Below, piece by piece: positions 9,304 through 21,487 of a stretch of 32,000 nucleotides of DNA. The stretch covers positions 90,001-122,000 of the forward strand of contig NC_007969.1 in the NCBI RefSeq assembly GCF_000013905.1, read 5' to 3'. Both the position numbers and the translations under genes were made by a program. Below the pieces are notes generated by a model. That model had not been told where the DNA came from. It saw only the letters and a list, made by a program, of their open reading frames with translations, and did not search any database. This stretch comes from Psychrobacter cryohalolentis K5 (GTDB taxonomy: Bacteria; Pseudomonadota; Gammaproteobacteria; Pseudomonadales; Moraxellaceae). The first letter of the stretch is position 1. Every line of letters begins with the position of its first letter.

Positions 9304-9406
9304 CATGTATGGTTTTCTAGTGCCTCGATTCTATTTCAAACGATTATTTTTTATTTTAAGCTGACCATATTCAATACCCAATATCTACTCTATAAATACT
9401 GAGTTT

Positions 9407-10180
9407 ATGACTACTACCATTATGACTAATACCACCTCTTTTGTACTCACAAGTTATAACATTCATAAAGGCATGTCGCCTATGAATCGCCAGGTCAAAG
9501 TTCAGGGTATCGCCCAAGCACTTGATATTATAGGTTCCGACATACTCTGCCTACAAGAAGTACAGGGGCAAAACCTTAAGCGCAATATTCAATATAACGA
9601 GTACCCTGACCAGTCTCAGCACGAATGGTTTGGTGAATATCTGCAACTAGAAAACAGTTATGGCAAAAATTCAGAGTACGATAACGGCCATCATGGCAAT
9701 GCTGTATTGAGCCGATTTCCACTTGATCCCAAGCACAACGTCAATATTACGGTCAATAAGCTTGAGCAGCGCGGGGTTTTGCATTGTGAAGTGCAGCCGG
9801 TAGGTTGGGAGGTGCCAGTGGTGGTTTTATGCGCCCATTTAAACCTATTTGAGCGCGATCGTATCAAGCAATATGAAGCGATTTCTAACTATGTCAGAGA
9901 TGAGATTGCCCCTGACCAGCCACTGATTTTGGCCGGCGATTTTAATGACTGGAAAAAAATGTCTTGTGATAGATTGGCATCAAGCTTGGGTATGACGGAA
10001 GCTTTTAAACATTGTCACGGCAAGCTGCTGCCTACCTTTCCAGCAAAGCTACCTGTATTGAGCTTAGACCGTATCTATGTCCGTAATCTCAGAATAAAAG
10101 ATGCTTGGGTACATACGGGTAAACCGTGGTCAACCCTGTCTGATCATCTGCCTTTGAGTGCAGAACTGGCGTTGCTATAG
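9407..10180 (+). CDS. endonuclease/exonuclease/phosphatase (EEP) family protein, YbhP-like
   Basis: EEP motifs are present: NIHKG, DILCLQEV, GHHGNAVLSRFP, ILAGDFNDW and LSDHLPLSAEL. By recollection the protein is collinear with E. coli YbhP. Confidence 0.8.
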   Translation: MTTTIMTNTTSFVLTSYNIHKGMSPMNRQVKVQGIAQALDIIGSDILCLQEVQGQNLKRNIQYNEYPDQSQHEWFGEYLQLENSYGKNSEYDNGHHGNAVLSRFPLDPKHNVNITVNKLEQRGVLHCEVQPVGWEVPVVVLCAHLNLFERDRIKQYEAISNYVRDEIAPDQPLILAGDFNDWKKMSCDRLASSLGMTEAFKHCHGKLLPTFPAKLPVLSLDRIYVRNLRIKDAWVHTGKPWSTLSDHLPLSAELALL

Positions 10181-10239
10181 AGTAAAAATTATTAATGGAA
10201 TAAAGAACGCTAAACTAAAATAAACAAGGATGATAAATA

Positions 10240-11235
10240 ATGTCTGATAAAAGCATGCCAATGACTCAAAATGCCGTACTCATACGTGAGTTTGGTGAAC
10301 CTGAAGTCATGATATACCAAGATGATGTTGCCGTACCTGATTTGACAGATGATCAAGTGCTGGTAAAAGTTGCTTACGCCGGTATCAATCCAGTCGATTA
10401 TAAAACTCGTCAAGGTAAAGGCTGGGGCGCTACCAACATCCAAAAAGATAAGTTTGATCATAATCAACCAGCGATTTTGGGTTTTGATATGTCAGGCACA
10501 GTAGTTGACAGTCAAAGTAAAAAATTTGCCGTTGGTGATAAAGTCGCAGCATTAACTTTTAACGGTGGATGCTATGCTGAATATGTCGCTGTTGATGCTA
10601 AAATGCTGGCACGTGTACCTGAAGCTGTCACCTTAGAGCAGGCAGGCGCATTACCTTGTATCGGACAAACGGCGCTACAGTTTGTTGAGTTTGCTGATAT
10701 CAAAGAGGGCGAGCATGTAGTGATGAATGCCCCAGCAGGCGGTGTTGGTCATCTATTGATACAGCTTTTGATGAAAAAAATCGCTAAACATAATATCAAA
10801 GTCACGCTTATTTGTTCAGCAGAAAAGTATAAAAAACTGGATAGCTTGATAGATACTAATCAGCTTACAGGCTGGATTGACTACACCAAAAATGATTCGT
10901 TCCCTGAGCTGCAAGCCGACGTCTTATTGGATTTGGTCGGTGATGAAGCGGGTGTAAGGGCGCTAGACGTTGTCAAAGAGTCTGGACGTGTATATGTACT
11001 ACCAACAATTTGGGTAGATAAACTCAAAGGAGCAGGCAGTCAAAAAAACCTAAGCGTTGAAGGTTATGCGGCTCAGCGTAATGGTGAGGATATGGCACGA
11101 GTGCTACAGCTGGTAGCAGATGGTCAACTGACTTTACGTTTGCAAAAGACTTATCCATTGTCAGAAGTCGTTATCGCCCATCATGAGCTGCAAAAAGGCG
11201 ATGCTTTTGGTAAATTGGTATTGAAAGTCAGTTGA
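10240..11235 (+). CDS. NADPH:quinone oxidoreductase / zinc-independent MDR-family oxidoreductase
   Basis: The product has the MDR N-terminal block (VKVAYAGINPVDYKTRQG) and a Rossmann AxxGxxG motif (NAPAGGVGHLLIQL). An AAGGA SD lies 9 nt upstream. Confidence 0.8.
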   Translation: MSDKSMPMTQNAVLIREFGEPEVMIYQDDVAVPDLTDDQVLVKVAYAGINPVDYKTRQGKGWGATNIQKDKFDHNQPAILGFDMSGTVVDSQSKKFAVGDKVAALTFNGGCYAEYVAVDAKMLARVPEAVTLEQAGALPCIGQTALQFVEFADIKEGEHVVMNAPAGGVGHLLIQLLMKKIAKHNIKVTLICSAEKYKKLDSLIDTNQLTGWIDYTKNDSFPELQADVLLDLVGDEAGVRALDVVKESGRVYVLPTIWVDKLKGAGSQKNLSVEGYAAQRNGEDMARVLQLVADGQLTLRLQKTYPLSEVVIAHHELQKGDAFGKLVLKVS

Positions 11236-11270
11236 GCCGAGGTTGATTGGATAATAGATTTAGCTAATGG

Positions 11271-11897
11271 TTAGCTTCGATTATTTGGATATATTTGCCG
11301 AAAGGTTAGGCTAATGCGTCCTGTGGTTACCTTTTTAGTCTTGGTAATACTGTGCTTCCAAAAGCTTTGGGTATCACCATGCATGACAATTAGCTGACCT
11401 GACTCAAGATAAAGCTCAACTTTATCTTGAGTTTTTTTATGCTTAAAGACAAATTTACGCGTAGCACCAAGAGATAATGAAGCAATAACTGGTTGCTCAC
11501 CAAGCTCTCGTTCATCATCGGCATGATAGCCCATACCATCCTCACCAGAAGGATAATAGTTGAGTAAACAGGAATTAAAATTGGCATCAATTCCAAGATC
11601 TAATAATTTCTGTTCGATATGATGTTTCACATGAAACACAGTATCTGTCCAAGGTATGGTTTGACGCGTATGACCAGAGTACTGATAATCAATATCGCTA
11701 TCACCCATCCAAACGATTTGACGCGTTGTGATATGTGTCTTGCCAAATAAAGTAACGATATCTTCTTGCCAAGGTAACTCAGTCACCAAGTTATAAAATA
11801 AAGGGCTGGGATAATCGATCACAATACCTAAATCATTTACCAGACCGTCATAAGGCAAAAGGTTGTCAGTCAGCTTGGGCGCAAAAATGTCAGTCAT
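11271..11897 (-). CDS. AlkB-family Fe(II)/2-oxoglutarate dioxygenase
   Basis: The HxD motif (GYHADDE), a distal His (FWKHSI) and an RxS motif (GRISLTFRQI) are arranged as in AlkB/ABH proteins. Confidence 0.8.
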   Translation of the reverse strand: MTDIFAPKLTDNLLPYDGLVNDLGIVIDYPSPLFYNLVTELPWQEDIVTLFGKTHITTRQIVWMGDSDIDYQYSGHTRQTIPWTDTVFHVKHHIEQKLLDLGIDANFNSCLLNYYPSGEDGMGYHADDERELGEQPVIASLSLGATRKFVFKHKKTQDKVELYLESGQLIVMHGDTQSFWKHSITKTKKVTTGRISLTFRQIYPNNRS

Positions 11898-11905
11898 AGG
11901 TCAGC

Positions 11906-12793
11906 TTATTTATTGCTCTGATAATGCTCATTAATAATTTGAGCGCAGATTTCTGGCGCCTCCATGGGTAATAAATGTCCATACTCTGGTAAGGAAATAA
12001 TACTGCTATCAGGAACAAATTTGTGCCATTGTTTACGTACTTTTGGATTAATAAATAAAGTAGGTTTGCCAGTAATCAAAGTATAAGGGCAGCTTAGCTT
12101 TTTAAGCGCCGCATCAATATGAGGGGCACCAAAATAATTAGCTAACTCTTGTTCTGGTGAGAATAGCAGAGTATAGCTACCGTCATTGTTAGTGCTCAGG
12201 TTTTGTGTAGCAAAGGTTTTTAGGTTTATATCACTAATACGTTGATATGCCCGCTGCTCCCTCAAGTGATCGAAGTATTCCTGAATACTTGCCCAAGTGG
12301 TTTGCTTAGTTACTGTACTTTTAAAGGGTTCTTGGCTTAGTAAAAACTGCCGCGGCAACAGATTATATATTCTTGCTTGTTTTTTGGTAAAGGTAACAGG
12401 CTCGATAAGGTAGAGCTCTGAGAAAAGCTCTGGACGCTGAGCCGCCGCTATTGCAGTAGCAGTTGCGCCCTGCGAGTGTCCAATGCCAACAACTGGTTTA
12501 TCTTGGGTTTTTTCTAAAAACTCAATCAGCATCTCAGCATCTTGCTCACGCGTTAGGCGGCGTGCTTGCGGTTTATCGTACCAATAGCCGCGTAATGCCA
12601 ATGAGCTCAGCTCAAAGCTGGCTGCCAGCTCATTTAACAATGGTGTATAAGTACCAACGGTAAAGCTGTTACCCCCATAAAAATGGGCAGGCGCACGTTT
12701 ATAATCAGTTTGATTGGCTGACCCTAGTTGCTGTAAGTCATAATAGCGAGCCTGTCTGCCAGCAAGGTTGATGCGATTTGTATAAGCTTCCAT
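11906..12793 (-). CDS. alpha/beta-fold hydrolase
   Basis: The nucleophile elbow GHSQG is present (VVGIGHSQGATATAIAAA), and a C-terminal His sits in the context PEYGHLLPME. The gene ends 8 nt upstream of the AlkB gene, which suggests co-transcription. Confidence 0.75.
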   Translation of the reverse strand: MEAYTNRINLAGRQARYYDLQQLGSANQTDYKRAPAHFYGGNSFTVGTYTPLLNELAASFELSSLALRGYWYDKPQARRLTREQDAEMLIEFLEKTQDKPVVGIGHSQGATATAIAAAQRPELFSELYLIEPVTFTKKQARIYNLLPRQFLLSQEPFKSTVTKQTTWASIQEYFDHLREQRAYQRISDINLKTFATQNLSTNNDGSYTLLFSPEQELANYFGAPHIDAALKKLSCPYTLITGKPTLFINPKVRKQWHKFVPDSSIISLPEYGHLLPMEAPEICAQIINEHYQSNK

Positions 12794-12842
12794 AAAATAA
12801 ACACGTCCCTGTGAGAAGTTACTCTTAATAAAGCGCTTTTAA

Positions 12843-14753
12843 TTAACTGTCTTCACCTAAGAAGCCGCCGCTTTGGCGATGCCATAATCGTGCATAGATA
12901 CCATGTAGATTCAATAGTTCATCATGGCTGCCTTGCTCAATAATTTGACCTTTATCCATCACAACCAGTCTATCAAGAGCAGCAATGGTTGATAAGCGAT
13001 GGGCGATGGCAATAACTGTCTTGCCAGTCATAATATCGTTCAGGCTTTCAGTAATTGCAAATTCGATCTCAGAATCGAGCGCACTGGTGGCTTCATCTAA
13101 CAGTAGAATAGGCGCGTTTTTTAGCATAACACGTGAGATGGCAATACGTTGACGCTGCCCACCCGAAAGTTTGACGCCGCGTTCACCAACTTGAGTATCC
13201 AGCCCCATGTTGCCTTTATCATCATATAAATCTTTGATAAAGTCCCATGCCTGAGCTTGTTTTGCTGCGATGATAATCTGCTCGTCAGTAGCATCAGGAC
13301 GACCATAAGCAATATTTTCGCGTACGGTACGATGTAATAAAGAGGTATCTTGGGTCACCATGCCGATTTGCTGACGTAAGGACTCTTGGGTCACTTCATC
13401 AATCGCCTGACCATCAATGAGGATTTTACCTTTATCGACATCAAAGAAGCGTAAGAGTAGATTGACCAAGGTGGATTTGCCGGCACCTGAACGTCCAACC
13501 AGACCGATTTTTTCGCCGGGTTTGATGTCCAAGTAAAAATTATCGAGAAGTTTGATAGTAGACGTGGCTGATAGGTTACCGTCGTTTAAATTTCCACCAT
13601 CGTTATTGTCTGTATCATCGCTGTCATTCTCATAACTGAAGTCAACATGATCGAAGACGATACGACCTTCTGTGACTTTTAAAGCTGGTGCATTGGGTTT
13701 GTCAATGATGGTTTGCGGTGCAGATAAGGTACGCATACCGTCCTGTACCGTACCGATACTTTCAAACAAACTTGCCGTCTGCCACATAATCCAGCGCGTT
13801 AAACCATTCAAGCGTAGCGCCATAGCAGTTGCAGCAGCAATAGCACCGACACCAATGGCTTCTTGTTGCCATAAATACAAGCCAATACCAGCAGTACTAC
13901 TGACCAAAACAACACTAATCAAATGCGTTGAAAACTCAAGATAGCTGACCCAGCGCATTTGTGCATGGACGGTACCCAAAAACTGCCCCATGGCGTTTTT
14001 GGCGTAACTGAGCTCACGGCGCGAGTGACTAAACAGCTTGACGGTCATAATATTGGCGTAGGCATCAGTAATGCGCCCCGTCATCAAGGCGCGAGCATCT
14101 GCTTGTACAATAGCCGTTTGTTTGAGTTTAGGTATGAAATACCACATCGCAAGCCAAACTAATACAAACCACGCGATAAAGGGAATCAGTAGCAAACTAT
14201 CAAGATTGAAGAGAATGATACCTGAAGTAATAAAATAGACAGCGACATACATAAACATGTCAGTAACTGTCATAACGGTATCACGTACTGCCAATGCGGT
14301 TTGCATCACTTTAGCAGAAACGCGACCGGAGAATTCATCTTGATAAAACTGCATCGATTGACCAAGCATACGCTGATGAAAACGCCAGCGCATCTGCATG
14401 GGGAATACCCCTTGCAAGGTTTGAAAATGGATAAATGAGGATAAGGCAATCCATAATGGGCTGACAATCATCACCGCCAGCATGAGCAGCAGCATGTCGC
14501 CTTTTTCTAGCCACAGATTTTGCGGGGTATAAACCCCAAGCCAGTCAACGATATTTCCAATCCAAGCAAAGAGCATGGCTTCGTAAATACCGATACCGGC
14601 TGACAAAATCATAAATAGCAGTAGCCAGCCGCGTAAACCATTGGTGCACGCCCACAGAAACTTTAGCATGCCATCACGAGGTGAGGGTAGTGGCATCGGT
14701 GTTTCAGGGAAGGCCGGCAGGCGATTTTCAAAAAAGCGAAATAGAGCGTTCAT
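12843..14753 (-). CDS. ABC exporter, fused permease/ATPase
   Basis: A six-TM region is followed by a nucleotide-binding domain with Walker A GRSGAGKST, signature LSGGQRQR and Walker B ILLLDEATS. The start is placed at ATG 14753 (MNALFRFFENRLPAFPE..., which is family-typical). The ORF-track start at 14804 is a TTG with no SD. Confidence 0.9.
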   Translation of the reverse strand: MNALFRFFENRLPAFPETPMPLPSPRDGMLKFLWACTNGLRGWLLLFMILSAGIGIYEAMLFAWIGNIVDWLGVYTPQNLWLEKGDMLLLMLAVMIVSPLWIALSSFIHFQTLQGVFPMQMRWRFHQRMLGQSMQFYQDEFSGRVSAKVMQTALAVRDTVMTVTDMFMYVAVYFITSGIILFNLDSLLLIPFIAWFVLVWLAMWYFIPKLKQTAIVQADARALMTGRITDAYANIMTVKLFSHSRRELSYAKNAMGQFLGTVHAQMRWVSYLEFSTHLISVVLVSSTAGIGLYLWQQEAIGVGAIAAATAMALRLNGLTRWIMWQTASLFESIGTVQDGMRTLSAPQTIIDKPNAPALKVTEGRIVFDHVDFSYENDSDDTDNNDGGNLNDGNLSATSTIKLLDNFYLDIKPGEKIGLVGRSGAGKSTLVNLLLRFFDVDKGKILIDGQAIDEVTQESLRQQIGMVTQDTSLLHRTVRENIAYGRPDATDEQIIIAAKQAQAWDFIKDLYDDKGNMGLDTQVGERGVKLSGGQRQRIAISRVMLKNAPILLLDEATSALDSEIEFAITESLNDIMTGKTVIAIAHRLSTIAALDRLVVMDKGQIIEQGSHDELLNLHGIYARLWHRQSGGFLGEDS

Positions 14754-15029
14754 AGGCAATAGCAATACGTCAAGAAAAGCGTGAATAGACGCAATCTTGA
14801 GCAATTATATAGGTGAGTGAGTAGTGTGCTATTTTAGCAAATCTTGACCAACACGCTTACAGGCTAATTGTAATTTGAACGCATCAGACACTCATAGAAC
14901 CATTTGATGATACATGGGCATAAATAGCTTGCTGCATAAGAAATATATTGTTACATTCTATGGTTTTTCTCCTTTTAAATTAACACTGATATATACCCTT
15001 GATATGATGGATGACTAAGGTAAAGCGTT

Positions 15030-15878
15030 ATGATGTATTTAACGATAGCAGTGCTGTGTAGCGTTGCCGTCTCTGTGTTACTTAAAATATTGCGCCAACG
15101 TGATATTGATATTCGTCAAACCATCGTTGCCGGTTATCCGGTCGCCTTTTTATTGACTTGGTTTTTACTCAAGCCAGACGTCAGTGACATGAGTGCCCTT
15201 GGCGGAGCATGGGCAATTATTATCGGCCTTGGTGTACTACTGCCTGCGGTATTTATTATACTCGGGCGCGCGATTGAAGCGGTTGGCATGGTAGCTACTG
15301 ATGCCGCTCAGCGATTGTCACTAATTATTCCTATTGTCGCCGCTTTTTTATTATTTGGTGAAGTATTGACAGGCATACGCGTTTTTGGCTTATTGCTCGG
15401 GTTTTTGGCGCTCGGGGCGCTGATTTATCGTCCGCAGCATGGTGAGATTAGCAAACAAGCCAAACATACACCGCTATGGTTGTTTGGCGTCTGGGTAGGC
15501 TATGGCATTATTGATATTCTATTTAAACAAGTTGCCAAGCAAGGTGCTGCCTTTCCACTGACACTATTTGTCAGTTTTGGGTTGGCAGGCCTGCTATTGT
15601 TGATTTATCTGCTCATCATGCGCGTACGCTGGCAGGGCAATGCACTTGCAGCAGGGATATTACTTGGTGCGCTAAATATGGGTAATATTTATGCTTATAT
15701 TCGCGCTCATCAAGTATTGTCAGAATCACCAAGTATCGTCTTTACTGGGATGAACGTTGGTGTGATTGCTGTTGCTACTCTTATAGGCGTTGGAGTATTT
15801 AAAGAATCACTCAACCGTATCAATATATTGGGTTTATTATTGGCGATTTGCTGTGTCGCAGTCTTGTTTTTGGCGTAG
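15030..15878 (+). CDS. polytopic inner-membrane protein, DMT/EamA-like transporter
   Basis: The 282-aa product has about 10 hydrophobic helices in two similar halves. No catalytic motifs are visible. Confidence 0.5.
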   Translation: MMYLTIAVLCSVAVSVLLKILRQRDIDIRQTIVAGYPVAFLLTWFLLKPDVSDMSALGGAWAIIIGLGVLLPAVFIILGRAIEAVGMVATDAAQRLSLIIPIVAAFLLFGEVLTGIRVFGLLLGFLALGALIYRPQHGEISKQAKHTPLWLFGVWVGYGIIDILFKQVAKQGAAFPLTLFVSFGLAGLLLLIYLLIMRVRWQGNALAAGILLGALNMGNIYAYIRAHQVLSESPSIVFTGMNVGVIAVATLIGVGVFKESLNRINILGLLLAICCVAVLFLA

Positions 15879-16051
15879 ATATCTTTGGCGTAATATAGGT
15901 ATGACAACAATTTTATAAATGCTTTTGCCGTTCAGTTATAGGCACATATAGCATCCTATGGTAAGGTTATCTACGAACAGTTAAACTAATATCAGCTAAA
16001 AATATCATTTGTGACACTTGACCTCAATAAATAAAATAGGATGCTCTTTCC

Positions 16052-16942
16052 ATGGAATACCAAAAGCAATTACAACGTATCAAAAATGGTTCAGGATTTA
16101 TCGCAGCCCTTGACCAAAGTGGTGGCAGCACGCCAAAAGCGTTAGAGAATTATGGGGTTATGGGCGATGCCTATGACAATGACGAAGCCATGTTTGACCA
16201 AGTGCATGAGATGCGAGCGCGTATTATGACGTGCGACTGCTTTGATAATGAGCGGGTACTTGGGGCGATTTTGTTTGAAGATACTATGGAGCGCGCGGTC
16301 AATGGCAAGCCCACTGCCAACTATTTATGGGAAGACAAGCAAATCGTCCCGTTTTTAAAGGTGGATAAGGGCTTAGCAGAGCGTATGAATGGCGTGCAAG
16401 TCATGCGCCCGATGCCAAATCTAGATCTATTATTGGACAAAGCAAAAAATTATCCAGTATTTGGTACTAAAATGCGCTCCGTGATTTATGAGCCAAGTGT
16501 TGATGGCATTGAGTTGGTTGTCCAACAGCAGTTTGACGTAGCAAAACAAATCCTATCAAAGGGTCTAATGCCGATCGTTGAGCCAGAAATTGATATCAAT
16601 AGTGATAAAAAGCATGATTGTGAGCTGATTCTTAAAACCAGTATTTTGCATAATCTTGAGCGCTTAAATGATGAGCAACAAGTGATGCTCAAGCTGACCT
16701 TGCCTGAAGAAGCTGGATTTTATCAAGAACTGATTGATCATCCAAAAGTATTGAAAGTCGTGGCATTATCGGGTGGTTATAGTCGCACGGATGCCTGCGC
16801 AAAATTGAAGCAAAATCCGGGTATGATTGCTAGCTTCTCGCGTGCCTTTACTGAAGGCTTGAGCAAGCAGCAAAGCGATCAAGAATTTGCTGATACTATT
16901 AACACTTCGATTAATGAAATTTATCAGGCTTCTAAAATTTAA
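16052..16942 (+). CDS. fda: class I fructose-bisphosphate aldolase
   Basis: The 296-aa product has the N-terminal block GSGFIAALDQSGGSTPKAL and the block LKVDKG. Both are typical of the about 296-aa bacterial class I aldolases. Confidence 0.85.
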   Translation: MEYQKQLQRIKNGSGFIAALDQSGGSTPKALENYGVMGDAYDNDEAMFDQVHEMRARIMTCDCFDNERVLGAILFEDTMERAVNGKPTANYLWEDKQIVPFLKVDKGLAERMNGVQVMRPMPNLDLLLDKAKNYPVFGTKMRSVIYEPSVDGIELVVQQQFDVAKQILSKGLMPIVEPEIDINSDKKHDCELILKTSILHNLERLNDEQQVMLKLTLPEEAGFYQELIDHPKVLKVVALSGGYSRTDACAKLKQNPGMIASFSRAFTEGLSKQQSDQEFADTINTSINEIYQASKI

Positions 16943-16993
16943 CTTGTAAAGTCTAATTTGAAATTTTAAGTTTAAAGCATTCATCTATTAGTA

Positions 16994-17029
16994 TAAAAAA
17001 AGCCCCTGTTATGTGCAGGGGCTTTTTTT
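16994..17029. terminator. bidirectional rho-independent terminator between fda (+) and thiC (-)
   Basis: AAAAAAAGCCCCTG-ttatgtg-CAGGGGCTTTTTTT: a perfect 8-bp GC-rich stem with A and T runs on the two sides. Confidence 0.8.
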
Positions 17030-17113
17030 ATACTTGAACAATAGTTGTTAGCGTTGTATTTCTATACTTTTTTATATAACTGCCGAGCTTCTTTGTGAGA
17101 TTTTTCTATCAGT

Positions 17114-19033
<1,920 letters not shown>

Positions 19034-19254
19034 TCAACACCGCCAGTATCTGCGGGGCAAGCCTATCCCATATCGATAAATTCAATCACGAAACAATAAT
19101 GCTATCAAAATAAATTTTAATAGCATTATCTATAAAGGATTGGTCGGGCATCATTTTATTTATTGGCATACAGCAATATAAAGCGCTGCTAGATATGAAC
19201 AATAATAAGAAGGCATTTCTGCGCGCCCTTTATACAGATATAACATAAGCTTAA

Positions 19255-19357
19255 GACTTCCCTGCGTCGGTACTAACCGCATCAGGTTCGGCGGGTGGTT
19301 TCTCAGCGACCATACGTCAACTGCATATTAAGCAGTCAATATATATCGCACCCCGAG
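19255..19357 (-). promoter_or_regulatory. TPP (THI-box) riboswitch aptamer
   Basis: The minus strand reads CUCGGGGUGC...GCUGAGAAACCACCC...ACCUGAUGCGGUUAGUACCGACGCAGGGAAGUC. This is nearly the same core as the E. coli thiC THI element (CUCGGGGUGC, CUGAGA, ACCUGAU, GCGUAGGGAAGU). Confidence 0.9.
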
Positions 19358-19444
19358 TCTGTCAGTGTTGTGAATCTTCTTAATACTATCAAACTTCGAC
19401 GACAAGTCCTAGTCATTTACCGATTTGTTAGTACCGTTTCAATA

Positions 19445-19735
19445 TTAACTTTCTGGTGTCCATCCCTGAGCACGCTCATAATCTTCATTATCTAAAAATT
19501 TATCGCGCTGCTCAGTTAAAAATTGCTTCGCTTTTGGATCCAGCATACTAAGATGGTTTTCGTTAATCAGCATGGTTTGCTGCTCAAGCCACTCTTTCCA
19601 AGCCTTTTCAGACACGGTTTCTTGCAGTTCTTGACCTTTTTTATTCGGAAAAGGCGGATGCGGCATTTTTGGTAACTCTTGCTGATATTTGCGGCAAAAA
19701 ACGGTATTGGCTTGTGGGTTAAAGGTTTCGGTCAT
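19445..19735 (-). CDS. yggX: Fe(2+)-trafficking / oxidative-damage protection protein YggX
   Basis: The product [14 protein letters not shown]...[30 protein letters not shown]...GWTPE is collinear with E. coli YggX. Confidence 0.85.
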
Positions 19736-19814
19736 GAATGACTCCTGTTTATAATGGTTTTTTTAATGAGGTTAATAACAAATGATATTACCTAATACTG
19801 TACCTGATTATGCT

Positions 19815-19843
19815 CAAAAAAACACCCGCAACGAAGGCGGGCA
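19815..19843 (-). terminator. rho-independent terminator after argH
   Basis: The minus strand reads GCCCGC-cttcgtt-GCGGGT followed by GTTTTTTT. It is a short stem. Confidence 0.55.
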
Positions 19844-19880
19844 TTTTTAATAATAAAGCGCTAATACTATTAAACAGATA

Positions 19881-21389
19881 TTAAGCGAATAATTCCAATC
19901 GAGTACGACCACGGCTGACGGCTTGTTTGACTTGATTCGGCGCAGTACCGCCCAAATGATCACGCGCGGCAAGTGAGCCTTCTAAGGTTAAATACTCAAA
20001 CACGTCTTCACCAATCGCATCGCTAAACTGCTGGAGTTGCGCAAGAGATAAGTCGCTTAAATCAACGCCCTCAGCAATGCCCAAAGCGACGGCATTACCG
20101 ACCACTTCATGAGCATCACGGAACGCTACGCCACGGCGCACCAGATAATCCGCTAAATCAGTTGCAGTTGCATAACCTTTCATCGTGGCGGCGCGCATAT
20201 TTTCTTTATTCGGCGTGATATTTGGTAGCATATCAGCAAATGCTAGTAATGAACCGGTCAAGGTATCAACACAATCAAATAGCGGTTCTTTGTCTTCTTG
20301 ATTGTCTTTATTATAAGCAAGCGGCTGGCTTTTCATGAGGCTAAGTAGCGTCATTAATTGACCAAATACCCGTGCGGCTTTACCACGAACCAACTCTGGT
20401 ACATCAGGGTTTTTCTTTTGCGGCATGATAGATGAGCCGGTACAAAAGCGGTCAGGAATCTGCACAAAGTTAAATTGCGCTGACATCCAAAGAATAATCT
20501 CTTCGCTCATGCGTGACATATGCATCATTAAAATAGATGCTGCCGAAGTAAATTCGATGGCAAAATCACGATCTGATACCGCATCTAGCGAGTTTTGGCA
20601 AATACCTTCGAAACCTAATAGCTCAGCGGTAATGGTACGGTCAATTGGAAAAGTCGTACCAGCAAGTGCCGCGCTACCAAGCGGCATTTGGTTAATGCGG
20701 CGACGGGCATCGACTAGGCGCTCGGTATCACGGTATAGCATCTCAAACCATGCCATGACATGATGACCAAAGCTGACCGGCTGCGCGGTTTGCAAATGGG
20801 TGAAGCCTGGCATGATGGTATCAGTATGTTGCTCAGCCAAATCTAGCAAGCCACTTTGCAAGCGCACCAATAGCGCAATGATATTATCAGTCTCTTCGCG
20901 TAACCAAAGACGAATATCAGTCGCCACTTGGTCATTACGGCTGCGACCGGTATGCAGCTTTTTGCCCACCGCGCCGACGATATCGGTCAGGCGCGATTCG
21001 ACGTTCATATGCACGTCCTCTAACGCAATCGACCAATTAAACTCACCGGCTTCGATTTCGCGTAGCACTTGATGCAAACCATCAATGATCGTTGCAACGT
21101 CATCAGCTTCCAAGATACCGCATTCTCTGAGCATGGTCGCATGGGCAATTGAGCCTTGAATATCGTGGCGGGCAAAGCGCTGGTCAAAGCCAACCGATGC
21201 GGTAAAGGCTGCCACAAAGCTGTCGGTCGCTTCACTAAAGCGTCCTCCCCACATCTGTTGACCCTGACTACTAGTAGTAGGGCTGTTCTGTGCGGCAGCG
21301 TTTGTTATAGAAGCATCTGTGCTAAACTCAGAAGCAGATGAATTTTTATTTGAATCAGGATTACTAAGGTTTGAAGAATTGGCGTTCAT
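19881..21389 (-). CDS. argH: argininosuccinate lyase (start uncertain: 21389 or 21254)
   Basis: The fumarate-lyase signature [12 protein letters not shown] is present, and the conserved ArgH core begins at [11 protein letters not shown] (Met46, 21254). The 45 residues upstream are N/S-rich low complexity, and neither candidate start has a convincing SD. Confidence 0.95.
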   Translation of the reverse strand: MNANSSNLSNPDSNKNSSASEFSTDASITNAAAQNSPTTSSQGQQMWGGRFSEATDSFVAAFTASVGFDQRFARHDIQGSIAHATMLRECGILEADDVATIIDGLHQVLREIEAGEFNWSIALEDVHMNVESRLTDIVGAVGKKLHTGRSRNDQVATDIRLWLREETDNIIALLVRLQSGLLDLAEQHTDTIMPGFTHLQTAQPVSFGHHVMAWFEMLYRDTERLVDARRRINQMPLGSAALAGTTFPIDRTITAELLGFEGICQNSLDAVSDRDFAIEFTSAASILMMHMSRMSEEIILWMSAQFNFVQIPDRFCTGSSIMPQKKNPDVPELVRGKAARVFGQLMTLLSLMKSQPLAYNKDNQEDKEPLFDCVDTLTGSLLAFADMLPNITPNKENMRAATMKGYATATDLADYLVRRGVAFRDAHEVVGNAVALGIAEGVDLSDLSLAQLQQFSDAIGEDVFEYLTLEGSLAARDHLGGTAPNQVKQAVSRGRTRLELFA

Positions 21390-21487
21390 ATCAGTCTAAG
21401 ACAAGTCAAGAGAATAAGAACTCAAGTATAGCAAATGATGAGGTTGCCTTACTAGCGGAGCGCTTAGAGTTTTTTATACCCAAGCTC

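Noticed and set aside
9204-9407. Idea that the baeRF-like gene and the EEP (YbhP-like) gene form one operon or system
   Set aside because: A strong rho-independent terminator (9267-9303) lies between them. YbhP-like EEP proteins are also widely conserved independently. Linkage is therefore not supported by this window alone.
19295-19495. 66-aa plus-strand ORF
   Set aside because: It overlaps the TPP riboswitch aptamer on the opposite strand and the 3' end of yggX. The sequence is explained by those features.
20425-21341. Plus-strand ORFs (112, 90 and 61 aa) antisense to argH, and a minus-strand ORF (71 aa) in an alternative frame
   Set aside because: They are embedded in the conserved argH frame. 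None has a family resemblance or translation signals.
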